From positions 4,391 through 68,390 of IMG/VR virus record IMGVR_UViG_3300010413_000039: a stretch of 64,000 nt of DNA; one strand, 5' to 3'. The notes beneath the pieces were generated by a model that was not told where the DNA came from, ran no database searches, and worked only from the letters and a program-made list of their open reading frames with translations. Shown here one piece after another: positions 38,675 through 48,316 of this stretch. This DNA comes from a virus. Each line of letters starts with the position of its first letter. The stretch's first letter is position 1. Made by a program: the position numbers and the translations under genes.

Positions 38675-39198
38675 TCTTCACCCTCTGGTACTTCATATAC
38701 CCCATACAGACTAATATCGTTTAGCGTTATAGTTGTTACTGTTAGTACATTTATTGGTTCTTCTATAATACCGTTATAGTATAGGGCATCTAAAACAAAC
38801 TCTGATACATTACCGGCATCAAGTGACATGATCCTTTTTGTATAAACCCTATCAGCAAGTTTATGATAGCGTGATGGGCACAGGTTATATAAAGTTTCAC
38901 GCCCTATAATCATATAATTTCCTAGACTATGCATGTCTATTGATTTAGTCAGATCAACTTTTGTTTCCCCACCTATTATATTAAAGTAAACCCTAAAGAC
39001 ATCTTCCTTTTCTGATACTGTACCAACTGCTATCTCTCCACCAAAGAGATCATTGACAACCAGTGCTGTTACATCATCTTGAAGAAACCCTGGGTTTTCG
39101 GGATTCCACACACCACTAGAACGTGCTGTATTTCTAGACCATGCGTGCCAAAGATGTTTATATACATTGTCCATATTTTTATTATTCAGTTCTAACAT
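38662..39198 (-). CDS. hypothetical protein
   Basis: 178 aa, AAGGTG SD. Confidence 0.65.
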   Translation of the reverse strand: MLELNNKNMDNVYKHLWHAWSRNTARSSGVWNPENPGFLQDDVTALVVNDLFGGEIAVGTVSEKEDVFRVYFNIIGGETKVDLTKSIDMHSLGNYMIIGRETLYNLCPSRYHKLADRVYTKRIMSLDAGNVSEFVLDALYYNGIIEEPINVLTVTTITLNDISLYGVYEVPEGEECTD

Positions 39199-39235
39199 AA
39201 ATCACCTTAACCGTCAGATTTGAAAAGCACTTGTC

Positions 39236-39559
39236 TTAAGTATCTATCTCAGATAGAACGTCCAAGACAAGTAAGTATATTTGTTCTATGTTATTGTCCC
39301 CCACAGTTGCAGTCCAAGTTTTATTAGCTGTGTGAAGTCTTATATTACTGCCATCGAATATAATGCTGAAACCATTCGTAATTTCAGATAGTCTGCTAAG
39401 TCCTGCAGATAATCCAGCAAACCCGTTTGTCTTTACATCTATTCTCATATTATTATTATTCTCCATCAGGTGAGATTTTACCACAACTAACACGGAATAA
39501 CCGTCCTCCCCAAGATAACCATTCTCCAAGATTGTATAGCATCTCGCTACCACCAGCAA
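39236..39559 (-). CDS. hypothetical protein (true start probably ~39466)
   Basis: Co-oriented ORF. Confidence 0.45.
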   Translation of the reverse strand: MLVVARCYTILENGYLGEDGYSVLVVVKSHLMENNNNMRIDVKTNGFAGLSAGLSRLSEITNGFSIIFDGSNIRLHTANKTWTATVGDNNIEQIYLLVLDVLSEIDT

Positions 39560-39923
39560 GTGCTAGGATGATAATCAAAACCTTTCCGAAAGATGGTATT
39601 AGTGTGTACACAGCTACAAGAATTAATGCACTCCACGTGCCAGTGCAGATGGGACATGCAAGCAGTCCACCTATCGCACGTACAAAACCAGTACCTTTTG
39701 GCACTACTCCCTGACCAGCACCACATGTATCTGGAAGTGTTTCAGTAAACGGTTCACGTAACCATTCCATAATCTCATTCTCACTGATTGTCCTAGCCAT
39801 TCTCATTACCGCTAATGTGGTAAGCAGAATTAACCATACAGGCATATCAAATGGTTTAGTAGATATAATGTAGATTGAAGTGAAGAATATAATTTCCAGA
39901 ACAAACAGCGTGAGTTTTTTCAT
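39456..39923 (-). CDS. DUF1360-like membrane protein
   Basis: LREPF...GGLLACPICTGTW plus TM helices; own promoter at 39964-39992. Confidence 0.75.
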   Translation of the reverse strand: MKKLTLFVLEIIFFTSIYIISTKPFDMPVWLILLTTLAVMRMARTISENEIMEWLREPFTETLPDTCGAGQGVVPKGTGFVRAIGGLLACPICTGTWSALILVAVYTLIPSFGKVLIIILALAGGSEMLYNLGEWLSWGGRLFRVSCGKISPDGE

Positions 39924-39963
39924 CAGGAATCCTTTCTGTATACAATAGGTAAAATATCCTATT

Positions 39964-39992
39964 ATTATAGCACATAAATTCAATTAAGTCAA
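39964..39992 (-). promoter_or_regulatory. sigma70-type promoter
   Basis: TTGACT-17-TATAAT. Confidence 0.65.
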
Positions 39993-39997
39993 GTGGG

Positions 39998-40243
39998 CTA
40001 TTTAAGGATGTAGCATTTACGCTCACGTCTGCAAGCTGTCCAACCTATATAAAATATAATACAGTGAACAGCATAAACAATAACGTAATCCACCCAATCT
40101 GGATAGCTTGTAGGAATAAAGTTGACTAAAGAATATATAGATATAAATGTTATAGGCAACACCATTGTTATACAAAATATGATAAACCTGAGTATCTTTT
40201 TTCCACGCATTTTGTTTATTCCTAAGTGAAAGGGTAAATACAT
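39998..40243 (-). CDS. small membrane protein
   Basis: Two TM segments. Confidence 0.5.
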   Translation of the reverse strand: MYLPFHLGINKMRGKKILRFIIFCITMVLPITFISIYSLVNFIPTSYPDWVDYVIVYAVHCIIFYIGWTACRRERKCYILK

Positions 40244-40471
40244 TGGGGGTTATCTATAGTACCCTTTACCCGTCCTTTATGTACTACAAACTTAACTAGA
40301 ATATGTCTGCATAATCTCGATAACAGTCTGCATAATAGTGATGATCAGTTCTAATACAGGTTCAAACACTATGCATAGTAGTAATACAAATCCTAGTAAA
40401 AGTAAAAAATACACTGTTAATTTCATAATGATTTCCAAGTACACATGTGTACTAGCAATAGGGATTTCTCC

Positions 40472-40717
40472 CTATGTTACAACTGAGTGGATATGTTCTG
40501 TAGGTACATAACCGAAAGCACCTAGCTCTTCTACCAACTTCCATACGTACTCATCTTCCTCTTTTGTCTGCAGTCCACTGACAAGTACATTCCATCCAAC
40601 CTTATCTGTTTTCTGAGCATTGAATCCCTCTTCCTTAAGTACGTTGATCATGGAATCTATTCCAAGTAATTCCCTCTTACCATCGTTTACTGTTTCCTGT
40701 CTTACCATTAGGTACAT
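40472..40717 (-). CDS. hypothetical protein
   Basis: AAGGAG SD. Confidence 0.65.
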   Translation of the reverse strand: MYLMVRQETVNDGKRELLGIDSMINVLKEEGFNAQKTDKVGWNVLVSGLQTKEEDEYVWKLVEELGAFGYVPTEHIHSVVT

Positions 40718-40730
40718 TATATTCTCCTTA

Positions 40731-41036
40731 TCAGAATTCTCTTATCTGTGATATTAAGTCTCGTTCAGTTTTATAGTAGTCAACATGGTCACACAACCCA
40801 TACCACCATTCCATAAACGTTTCCTGATCTTCTGGTTTTATTGTAGTGACAGTTGCTACCCTCGGTGTCCTATAGAAGTAGAACCAGTATCTTTTGCCTT
40901 TTACCAGCATATAGATAATGTCCATATCTCTAAGCAGGTACGTTACCCGTCCTTTATCATCAACTATCCCACGTAGTGGAAGAGTACGTTCTGTATTTTC
41001 TACAAAACTTTCTATTGCTTTTGTGAGATTACTCAT
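40731..41036 (-). CDS. hypothetical protein
   Basis: AAGGAG SD. Confidence 0.65.
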   Translation of the reverse strand: MSNLTKAIESFVENTERTLPLRGIVDDKGRVTYLLRDMDIIYMLVKGKRYWFYFYRTPRVATVTTIKPEDQETFMEWWYGLCDHVDYYKTERDLISQIREF

Positions 41037-41164
41037 GCTTTCTCCTTATTGCTGTTATAAGAATGAATGCTGATACAGATATTGGTACTGCTAACCACTG
41101 TTCTGGTACTTCTATACGGAACATAAGTGATACCAGCAGTCCTATCGTAATGGATGCCAAGAAA

Positions 41165-42169
41165 TTAAGAGCCATTATGCAGTCCTTTCAGTATATGTGT
41201 TGTTACGTCTACAGTCCAGCTATTACCAAGAGCCTTATAACGTTGATGGTTGCTGATCTTCTTTACTCTCCCATCGAAATTTCCGTAGGCTGTATACCCG
41301 TCCTCAAATGTTTGAAGTCTTTCACATTCTATTGGATCAAACTTACGTACACACTTTTCCGTGATCAGTACGTTGTAAGGTACTCCCTTACGAAAGTTTG
41401 CTACCACTGCAGATGATTTGTTGTCCTTTACGTCTGAGTGATGATTGAAATTCCAGTGTGTCCTACCATCCTTTACCTGCCTGTTCATGTACTCCATTTC
41501 ATTATCTGACAGGATCAGATAAGGTATATGCCCACCACCACTATTTGGACGTATTGCAGGTGATTTGTCATAGTATGCACGTGGTTCATGCTCTCCCCAC
41601 CTACCATACATATCATGCAGTGCTGGTGGGTGAACGTCATCAAGAATGATGTCCTTTAGCAGGATACCTGCATCTTTTGGCTGAGTGATCTCAAAGTTTG
41701 ACCAGTAAACTCTCGGTCTTTTCTGTGCTGATAAGAGAGCACTGTTGATATGGATAGGATCAACTCCTACGAATGATGTCATGGTATCTATCCATTCAGT
41801 TTTCATCTTGACATTCTCAAGCAGGAATTTAACATCAGGGTTGTTGTGCTCACGTACCCATTTCAGGATGTCAACGAATGTGAAGAACAGTTTTGATCTA
41901 GGATCATCGAAATTCAAACCATCGCCCGCAGGCGAGAAACCCTGACATGGCGAACCTGCAAGGATCAAATCTATCTTATCGGTAAAGATGTCCCAAGATT
42001 CCCATTCCTGCACATCACCCAACTGGATAGTATCTGGATAGTTGTGTTGTGTAATGGCTATTGCATACTTATCTATTTCACTGGCATAGTATTTATCAAC
42101 CTGAATACCTGCACGTTCAAGTGAAACACGTCCTGCTGATATGCCATCAAACAAAGAGAGCACTATCAT
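41165..42169 (-). CDS. DNA (cytosine-5) methyltransferase
   Basis: LSLFDG, GSPCQGFS, LLENV, Q.RPRVYW, ERLQ, LGNSW. Confidence 0.93.
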   Translation of the reverse strand: MIVLSLFDGISAGRVSLERAGIQVDKYYASEIDKYAIAITQHNYPDTIQLGDVQEWESWDIFTDKIDLILAGSPCQGFSPAGDGLNFDDPRSKLFFTFVDILKWVREHNNPDVKFLLENVKMKTEWIDTMTSFVGVDPIHINSALLSAQKRPRVYWSNFEITQPKDAGILLKDIILDDVHPPALHDMYGRWGEHEPRAYYDKSPAIRPNSGGGHIPYLILSDNEMEYMNRQVKDGRTHWNFNHHSDVKDNKSSAVVANFRKGVPYNVLITEKCVRKFDPIECERLQTFEDGYTAYGNFDGRVKKISNHQRYKALGNSWTVDVTTHILKGLHNGS

Positions 42170-42351
42170 TCGCTGTATTCTCCTGATTTACCTTTGTTAT
42201 GCCCATCTAACCAGTTATCCTGTCCCCATAGCCATATGATATCAAGTACCTCATTCTGATCAAGGGATTCAGTGAGTTTAGGGAACATATCTACAAATTC
42301 TGTTCTTGATTCGCACTCCATTAAACGTTCTCCGATTTCACGCCTATTCAT
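42166..42351 (-). CDS. hypothetical protein
   Basis: GGAGG SD plus ATG at 42351. Confidence 0.55.
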   Translation of the reverse strand: MNRREIGERLMECESRTEFVDMFPKLTESLDQNEVLDIIWLWGQDNWLDGHNKGKSGEYSE

Positions 42352-42580
42352 AGCTTTCCTCCAGAAAATATTCCAGCTTGAAATGTTCAACAAATTCCTC
42401 TGCAGTAGGTGTGTAGTCATTTTCTATGGTGTAGATCATGTTATCTGTGATAACACATGCAGTAGGATCACCGTCATTTACCAGCCTGATAGCCTCTTTA
42501 GCAAATGGTATAATGGAAAGAGGCTTTCCCCATTCATAAACCATGTAATTTTCTAACTGAATTTCCATATGCAAGTCCAT
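42344..42580 (-). CDS. hypothetical protein
   Basis: AAGGAG SD, upstream promoter. Confidence 0.6.
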   Translation of the reverse strand: MDLHMEIQLENYMVYEWGKPLSIIPFAKEAIRLVNDGDPTACVITDNMIYTIENDYTPTAEEFVEHFKLEYFLEESYE

Positions 42581-42655
42581 GATAACTCCTTTCGTTTACT
42601 CTTTAATTATACCATAGTCAGGCACAAATTAGATTAAGGTTTGATTAGTGCTGTA

Positions 42656-42910
42656 TTAAGAACCTGCCATTAGAAGTTTGAGGGCATCATCATTATCATA
42701 GTTATATATCCACATTGCCATGCAGAATACTTGAAAAGCATACTCAAAGCTAGGAAAGTAATCTGATTCATGTACTATCCTGTTTGGTATAGGATCAGAC
42801 AAATCCACTATGAGATAGTACCAACCTCTCTCCCCAAACTCTGCAGATGGTGCATCGTTGAAATACAGTCGGTATTCAAAACCATTTAGAATATAAGTAT
42901 CAACTAGCAT
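42656..42910 (-). CDS. hypothetical protein
   Basis: Co-oriented early-region ORF. Confidence 0.55.
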   Translation of the reverse strand: MLVDTYILNGFEYRLYFNDAPSAEFGERGWYYLIVDLSDPIPNRIVHESDYFPSFEYAFQVFCMAMWIYNYDNDDALKLLMAGS

Positions 42911-43199
42911 AGAATTGTAACCTCTCTTGTAATTTATTCAGGCTGTTTGTTTCCGATATCAGGACTTCCCATCCAGTCATCACATCCCATACCTTCTGGC
43001 ATTCGCTGATGACTTTCAAAACGATCACCTGATTTTTATTCACAGCGTATAGCTCACCAGTGTCCTCTACCCAACTTACCCGATATGGTATAGGATCGCC
43101 TTCCAGTTTCCACCACACGCCGAAATCACGTTCATTTGATTTCAGTCTTACATCTGATTCCATCAACCACTTTTCGTACACACTGAATATGTTATCCAT
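42900..43199 (-). CDS. hypothetical protein
   Basis: DFGVWW...YRVSWVEDTGELYA. Confidence 0.65.
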   Translation of the reverse strand: MDNIFSVYEKWLMESDVRLKSNERDFGVWWKLEGDPIPYRVSWVEDTGELYAVNKNQVIVLKVISECQKVWDVMTGWEVLISETNSLNKLQERLQFYAS

Positions 43200-43200
43200 T

Positions 43201-43638
43201 TTACCACATATCCTCTGGTATAAATTCCCATGTGAATGTTACCCGTCCTTCATTATCCGCATCTATCTTAGTGCATTTAAACAGTTTGCGGATTATGTAA
43301 CGTGGATCACGATGTTCTATAGTAAACCACTTACGATCTCCAAACACAGCACTGTTATGTGGGTGTGCAGGATCATCTATCAGGGCACTTCCATATTCCT
43401 GCAGATCGTGGAAGAATGACACTGGTTTGGTGGGCTTTGGTGATAGAACATAGTCCACCACTACTCCATTTAATGAAAGGTTTATATCTGATATAGTAGC
43501 CTTATACATATTTCCAGTAGCGTATCGGTAGACATATGTCTTAGTCGGTATGTTTGCAAACTCAGCATTTTCAACATCGAGCCGATGGATGAGTATGTCA
43601 TCTTTAGTCCAGTAGTTTAGTTTCAGATTTACTGCCAT
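43201..43638 (-). CDS. hypothetical protein
   Basis: GGAGG SD. Confidence 0.6.
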   Translation of the reverse strand: MAVNLKLNYWTKDDILIHRLDVENAEFANIPTKTYVYRYATGNMYKATISDINLSLNGVVVDYVLSPKPTKPVSFFHDLQEYGSALIDDPAHPHNSAVFGDRKWFTIEHRDPRYIIRKLFKCTKIDADNEGRVTFTWEFIPEDMW

Positions 43639-43910
43639 GATTCCTCCATATCCACTGCATACACATTCTTATAACCGATATCTTCAAGCTCTTCCAGCAG
43701 GGACTGATACTCACCTCTCCATGCAGGTGTGGTATCTTCTCTTACCCAAGCACGTGAGCACTCACCATGTTGACCGACATGAGCATAGCACAAGTAATTC
43801 CCTGCATTGGCTTGCTCTTGGATCAACACTGCAGTGATCTCACCTTCAAACTTGCAGAAATAAACTGGTGTACCCATGATTCTCCTCACGTGACTTTCAA
43901 ATGTTGACAT
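43629..43910 (-). CDS. conserved phage hypothetical protein
   Basis: CYAHVGQHGEC...EYQSLLEELEDIGY; ATG lies ~6 nt after TATAAT, so probably leaderless. Confidence 0.65.
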   Translation of the reverse strand: MSTFESHVRRIMGTPVYFCKFEGEITAVLIQEQANAGNYLCYAHVGQHGECSRAWVREDTTPAWRGEYQSLLEELEDIGYKNVYAVDMEESWQ

Positions 43911-43955
43911 GTAAATATTATACCACAGGATAATGTCAGTAACATTAGAGAATGA

Positions 43956-44324
43956 TTAATCTTCATTGCACAAAGCACAACGTCTGCGAAAGAAGTCAGT
44001 ACCATTGACAGTATCCATGAAATACCCTTTACCATGACAGTCTGGACAAGATACCTTTGTCATCTTGGTGATCTTCATATTTTCAGATTGTTTATTCACA
44101 CTCCACCTGTAACCATGATATTCAAACTCCATATAATCAGGTGAATAATGAAGTAGCTCACCATCATCCAAGAGCGCATCATACATTGGATCATCTTCTG
44201 AGAGTTTCTTCTCATTCAGATAGAAATTGAAACCATCCGCATAAGCACCGGCATTCTCTGGAATGTAGGTAAAACCAAACTTGGCATCACGATAACCTAT
44301 TTGAAAATCAGACATATAAGACAT
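43956..44324 (-). CDS. hypothetical protein with C-terminal CxxCxGxG zinc motif
   Basis: CPDCHGKG...CALC. Confidence 0.6.
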   Translation of the reverse strand: MSYMSDFQIGYRDAKFGFTYIPENAGAYADGFNFYLNEKKLSEDDPMYDALLDDGELLHYSPDYMEFEYHGYRWSVNKQSENMKITKMTKVSCPDCHGKGYFMDTVNGTDFFRRRCALCNED

Positions 44325-44345
44325 CAGTTATCTCCTTTGGTATGA

Positions 44346-44603
44346 TTAATTCCATCCGTGACAGCCATCATAGTGACTGTCGTATCTCTTATCAGGCTGA
44401 TACTTGAAGAAAGGCAGGGTGTCCTTAGATGGTACGGTTCTCCCGCACTCCATACACATTGACATTCTACCTGATAGATCAGGTGTATCATTGTCTACCA
44501 CATTATAACCTGCGTTGATACCTGCACAGATAACACATACTGGATTTCCATTACGATCTGAACCGTTTGCCATATGACCACATTTCATCTTAGGCATTTT
44601 CAT
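44346..44603 (-). CDS. Cys/His-rich hypothetical protein
   Basis: KCGH, CVIC, CMEC, YDGCHGW. Confidence 0.65.
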   Translation of the reverse strand: MKMPKMKCGHMANGSDRNGNPVCVICAGINAGYNVVDNDTPDLSGRMSMCMECGRTVPSKDTLPFFKYQPDKRYDSHYDGCHGWN

Positions 44604-44802
44604 CCTCCATTATTGCACATATAATAACTGTCGTGTCTCTTTCCTGATCAAACAAGATAACCAAAGGTTTAGTCCTGACAAATGTATCATTGTCTACCTT
44701 GAATGATACGATGTGATTGACGTTGACAGATGTAAAATCTTTCAGGTTGATCTCTATGGTGATATTCTGGTGTTTATATGGTAGTACATATTCAGCTTTC
44801 AT
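44590..44802 (-). CDS. hypothetical protein
   Basis: GGAG SD. Confidence 0.55.
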   Translation of the reverse strand: MKAEYVLPYKHQNITIEINLKDFTSVNVNHIVSFKVDNDTFVRTKPLVILFDQERDTTVIICAIMEDENA

Positions 44803-44865
44803 ATTATCTCCGTTTAACCCTACAGTACCGAAAGAACGAGCCGACCCCGATTTTTCCCCATCAGA

Positions 44866-45060
44866 TTATAGTATCAAGAATAGGAGTATACAGGGTAAGC
44901 ACAACACTGCTAATGAGACTAATCCTATCAGAATACTCATGATACTTATAGTACATGATGCCAGTCCAGCCAGCATCTTCATTGGAAGAATGATAAGTAT
45001 CTCGAACACTAACAGGATCACGTCAAATATATTTTCTAAAAAAGATTTATTTTTTGTCAT
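44866..45060 (-). CDS. small membrane protein
   Basis: Hydrophobic; ATG just after TATAAT. Confidence 0.5.
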   Translation of the reverse strand: MTKNKSFLENIFDVILLVFEILIILPMKMLAGLASCTISIMSILIGLVSLAVLCLPCILLFLIL

Positions 45061-45118
45061 AAAGTTAATTATACCTCAGATTTATTCTGATAAAATTAAT
45101 ATAAGATTAGTAAATTAT

Positions 45119-45535
45119 TTACAGGGTTTCCAGATATGTGAACAGTTTATCCAGATGATCACGATCAAACATCTCGGTGCTATGGATGTACCCTGTGTAT
45201 GCACCTTTCACATCTACACGTACACATTCACCCACTGTTACCCGTACTATATCAGAATTTGATCCGTCTTTATTGATACGGTTTACAGCGTCCATTAACT
45301 CTTCTATTGTCCTCATGTTATCCTTTATATCAACATATATATTGGTGTAGGTAGGTGATAGGTAGATGCCCATACCCTGTTGATGCTTTTCCATGATCCT
45401 TTGTACTCTTTCTGTGCTGGCTGATGTAAGTTTCATATATGATCTTACAGTACCATTACACCTCATAAAGTTTACATTAGAAAATCCAGCTTTGATGTGT
45501 GACCAGTAGGATACAGAAGTAATATAAGTCTTCAT
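45119..45535 (-). CDS. hypothetical protein, paralog family A
   Basis: SYW...VNF.R...LTSASTERV...SPTYTNI. Confidence 0.6.
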   Translation of the reverse strand: MKTYITSVSYWSHIKAGFSNVNFMRCNGTVRSYMKLTSASTERVQRIMEKHQQGMGIYLSPTYTNIYVDIKDNMRTIEELMDAVNRINKDGSNSDIVRVTVGECVRVDVKGAYTGYIHSTEMFDRDHLDKLFTYLETL

Positions 45536-45536
45536 A

Positions 45537-45752
45537 TTATCTCTCCAAGATGACAGATACATTGGTATGGATTGGCGTAATCACTACGCTGGTATTGTAT
45601 TTATACGCCTCAAATATTCTTGAAAGTCTTCTGCAGGATGCTTTGGTAGGGTGTGGATACCTGCCTATTTTCAGGGATTCCCCTTCATGCCTGATAAACC
45701 TTACAACGGATAAACCGTCATTGAATGTCCAGTGTGAAATTAGAAGTCTCAT
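45537..45752 (-). CDS. hypothetical protein, paralog family A
   Basis: SHW...VRF.R...PTKASCRRL...TPIHTNV. Confidence 0.6.
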   Translation of the reverse strand: MRLLISHWTFNDGLSVVRFIRHEGESLKIGRYPHPTKASCRRLSRIFEAYKYNTSVVITPIHTNVSVILER

Positions 45753-45763
45753 TATACCCGTCC

Positions 45764-46003
45764 TTATTCAAACAGTATAAATAGATTGGTATAATGGCTG
45801 GATAGGTTTACGTTAACCCTGTCTCTATGCTTGAAGAATACTTCATCCAGCCTCTTATATGATGCAGGTGTAATATTCCTGTATGTATGACGTGATGCAT
45901 ACACATATCCCCTATCCACAGGATCACTCCTACAAAAGTTTACACTCTGCCAAGTATTTTGGGTATAATTCCAGTATGAGATCATACTGATTCTATTCTT
46001 CAT
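45764..46003 (-). CDS. hypothetical protein, paralog family A
   Basis: SYW...VNFCR...ITPASYKRL...SSHYTNL. Confidence 0.6.
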   Translation of the reverse strand: MKNRISMISYWNYTQNTWQSVNFCRSDPVDRGYVYASRHTYRNITPASYKRLDEVFFKHRDRVNVNLSSHYTNLFILFE

Positions 46004-46004
46004 G

Positions 46005-46214
46005 TTACCCTACCTTATTGGATTCAACTACATCAGGTGAAAGATATCCATTGGTTGCCACACTTGTGGGAACAACAGCCCACTTGTCGAGGGTGAACCA
46101 TCGACTGTACAGATCATTGCCATATGCTTTGGCATCTTCAACAGTTTCAAACTCCAAAGCATTGGTTGCATATGAACGTCCACCTACTTCTAAACACCAC
46201 ACTTTATACATCAT
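46005..46214 (-). CDS. hypothetical protein
   Basis: ATNALEFET.EDAKAYG.DLYSRW; AGGAGG SD. Confidence 0.65.
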   Translation of the reverse strand: MMYKVWCLEVGGRSYATNALEFETVEDAKAYGNDLYSRWFTLDKWAVVPTSVATNGYLSPDVVESNKVG

Positions 46215-46220
46215 ATCCTC

Positions 46221-46508
46221 CTATGAATTTGACCATTCAACTAACAGTTCTTTAATGACGTGTTCTGCATCTGAGAAATTATCCCCGTATAACTTCTCGG
46301 AGAGGAAACTAGCCAGATCATACAGACCTGCAACACACATTGTCTTCACCAGTTGTTTGTTATGCTGTAGGCGTTCTTTCTCGCTCAGCTTTTCATCTTC
46401 TGCAGTAATCATCTCTTCCATATTCCGAATAATGATTACTTTATTTCCAAGTGCCGGTAACAAATATTGTATGTCAGCTTTCATTTGAACCTCCATTTCG
46501 ATATGCAT
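46221..46508 (-). CDS. hypothetical protein
   Basis: GGAGG SD (likely start ~46484). Confidence 0.55.
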   Translation of the reverse strand: MHIEMEVQMKADIQYLLPALGNKVIIIRNMEEMITAEDEKLSEKERLQHNKQLVKTMCVAGLYDLASFLSEKLYGDNFSDAEHVIKELLVEWSNS

Positions 46509-46833
46509 TAATTATAGCACACATTTACACACTTTACATTAATATCACATTAGAAATTTGGGTGTCCTATTACCCGTCCTTTTAAGTGGTGTCCTATACC
46601 CGTCCTTTAATAAGACTAACCAGGTAGGAATTATCCAGGATAAATCGGATAGGATTGGTAGAAATAAGCTATTGGATAAATAAGATAAACTTTGTCCGAT
46701 TTATTCCCTCGGGTGGATTATCATCCTCTCAGCCACAGGGTCGACACTGCACAGGGGTGTGTGTTTTCTGATGTAGTTATATTATACCACAATCCAATCC
46801 CCCTGAGATTAATATTAGATTAGAAAAACCTGG

Positions 46834-47079
46834 CTAAACAAGGAAACACTGGCTGTTGTGATCCCAAGTAATGTGTACGAGGGCATCATCATTATAAAAC
46901 TCTTTAAGAGCCTGCAGGATAGGTTCTTTATCCAGCTTTATATAAGTGAAGAAGATGTAGTGATATACCGGCACTTCATCGTAGCTCAGGATTTCAACCA
47001 GCTTTTCAACAGTGAGCCAAACCTGTGCAGTACCAGCACTGGCATTCCCAACCATCTTGTCAAATTTAGTTTTGTACAT
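46834..47079 (-). CDS. hypothetical protein
   Basis: Preceded by AAGGACGGGTAA motif. Confidence 0.55.
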   Translation of the reverse strand: MYKTKFDKMVGNASAGTAQVWLTVEKLVEILSYDEVPVYHYIFFTYIKLDKEPILQALKEFYNDDALVHITWDHNSQCFLV

Positions 47080-47091
47080 TGTTACCCGTCC

Positions 47092-47382
47092 TTATACTTG
47101 ATTCGTTTCTTCAAGATAATCTATAACCATTGACCTGCAGACCCTATTGATGCAGTATCTGAATTTCTTTTTATCTATACCATAATCATCATTCTCATTA
47201 TACAGATCACATGCTCTGTTAACTACCTCAGTGATCCCGTCTGAGTTAACCATCTGATATAGAATCCACGCAAGGTTTCTTCCCTCATGTTCATAGTCAG
47301 GTTCATCCAGCATTCCTGCTTTAGGGTCAACGATCTTTGTGCCTTCTGGTACATATAATTCCACTTCCATATACTGTGTCAT
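47092..47382 (-). CDS. hypothetical protein
   Basis: Preceded by AAGGACGGGTAA motif. Confidence 0.6.
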   Translation of the reverse strand: MTQYMEVELYVPEGTKIVDPKAGMLDEPDYEHEGRNLAWILYQMVNSDGITEVVNRACDLYNENDDYGIDKKKFRYCINRVCRSMVIDYLEETNQV

Positions 47383-47384
47383 CT

Positions 47385-47534
47385 TTACCCGTCCTTTTTA
47401 GTAAATATAAATATACCTGATATTATACCACATGAAATTACGATCAGGTTATTAATCAGATTAAACTCTGGTGAGAATAACCATATCCAGCCGACAGATA
47501 ATATAACTATAATGATCCCTATTACACGTAACAT
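47385..47534 (-). CDS. 49-aa membrane peptide (not in ORF track)
   Basis: MLRVIGIIIVILSVGWIWLF...GIFIFTKKDG*; starts after one AAGGACGGGTAA motif and ends in the next. Confidence 0.5.
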   Translation of the reverse strand: MLRVIGIIIVILSVGWIWLFSPEFNLINNLIVISCGIISGIFIFTKKDG

Positions 47535-47536
47535 CG

Positions 47537-47806
47537 TTACCCGTCCTTTAAATTAACTGTCATAACAGGCTGACGCTTTGTATACCTGTCTTTTAATTCC
47601 TCTTCCGATACGTACTTGTATGTAGGGTGTCCTATGCGTTTCATGTGATACAGCTTGCAGTCCCCATAATTCTGCACAGCTATAGCATCATAAGCATAGT
47701 CAACTACCCATAGAGTCTTGGATCGGTTGTTAATATAGACATCTCCGCATTCATCTGGATAGTCCCCTACATAGACATCTATGCCAAGAGAGTTCCTTAT
47801 AAACAT
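47537..47806 (-). CDS. hypothetical protein
   Basis: ATG at 47806 after AGGGACGGGTAA; ends ...KDG*. Confidence 0.55.
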   Translation of the reverse strand: MFIRNSLGIDVYVGDYPDECGDVYINNRSKTLWVVDYAYDAIAVQNYGDCKLYHMKRIGHPTYKYVSEEELKDRYTKRQPVMTVNLKDG

Positions 47807-47807
47807 T

Positions 47808-48020
47808 TTACCCGTCCCTCTTTGCTTTAACCCACTGCATGACGGTTTGGATTTCTTCAAATGTCATAGGTGCTTGGTTAACAAACAGTGGGCGCAGGGT
47901 GTGTACCCTGAATACAAGCATGGCATTAATAGCCACGCCAAATTGATTCTCGATATCCACAACTACAGAGTCGTCCTTCTCAGGATACTCTCTGAAATTA
48001 AAATAAGTCGGCATCATCAT
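47808..48020 (-). CDS. hypothetical protein
   Basis: Ends ...RDG* within the motif. Confidence 0.55.
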   Translation of the reverse strand: MMMPTYFNFREYPEKDDSVVVDIENQFGVAINAMLVFRVHTLRPLFVNQAPMTFEEIQTVMQWVKAKRDG

Positions 48021-48282
48021 CTTCCATCCCGAACATATTAGAGAAACATGTACCGCATATGCCAGTCATCATCAGTTCCCTATTATCACGAGAGACATAG
48101 GGGAATGCTGTCTGGATATGCATTCCGTTGTGATAGTTGTATAGATCACGGGCGTTGATGGTGATGTCGGTCACACTGCCACAGTCCACACATTTGCAGT
48201 GGAATGTGTACTCATGATCTGGTTCATATGTTTCATCATAAGGTTGTGTTAAGAAATGTTGCATATTATCCTCCGTACTCAT
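47998..48282 (-). CDS. Zn-binding hypothetical protein
   Basis: CVDC...IQTAFP...RELMMTGICGTCF. Confidence 0.65.
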   Translation of the reverse strand: MSTEDNMQHFLTQPYDETYEPDHEYTFHCKCVDCGSVTDITINARDLYNYHNGMHIQTAFPYVSRDNRELMMTGICGTCFSNMFGMEDDDADLF

Positions 48283-48316
48283 ATTATACCATAAACCAAT
48301 CCCCCAAACATTAATG

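Noticed and set aside
46561-46610. Tandem ~24-bp repeat as a mini-CRISPR
   Set aside because: Only two copies a few bases apart, with no spacer and no cas genes; explained by the AAGGACGGGTAA motif family
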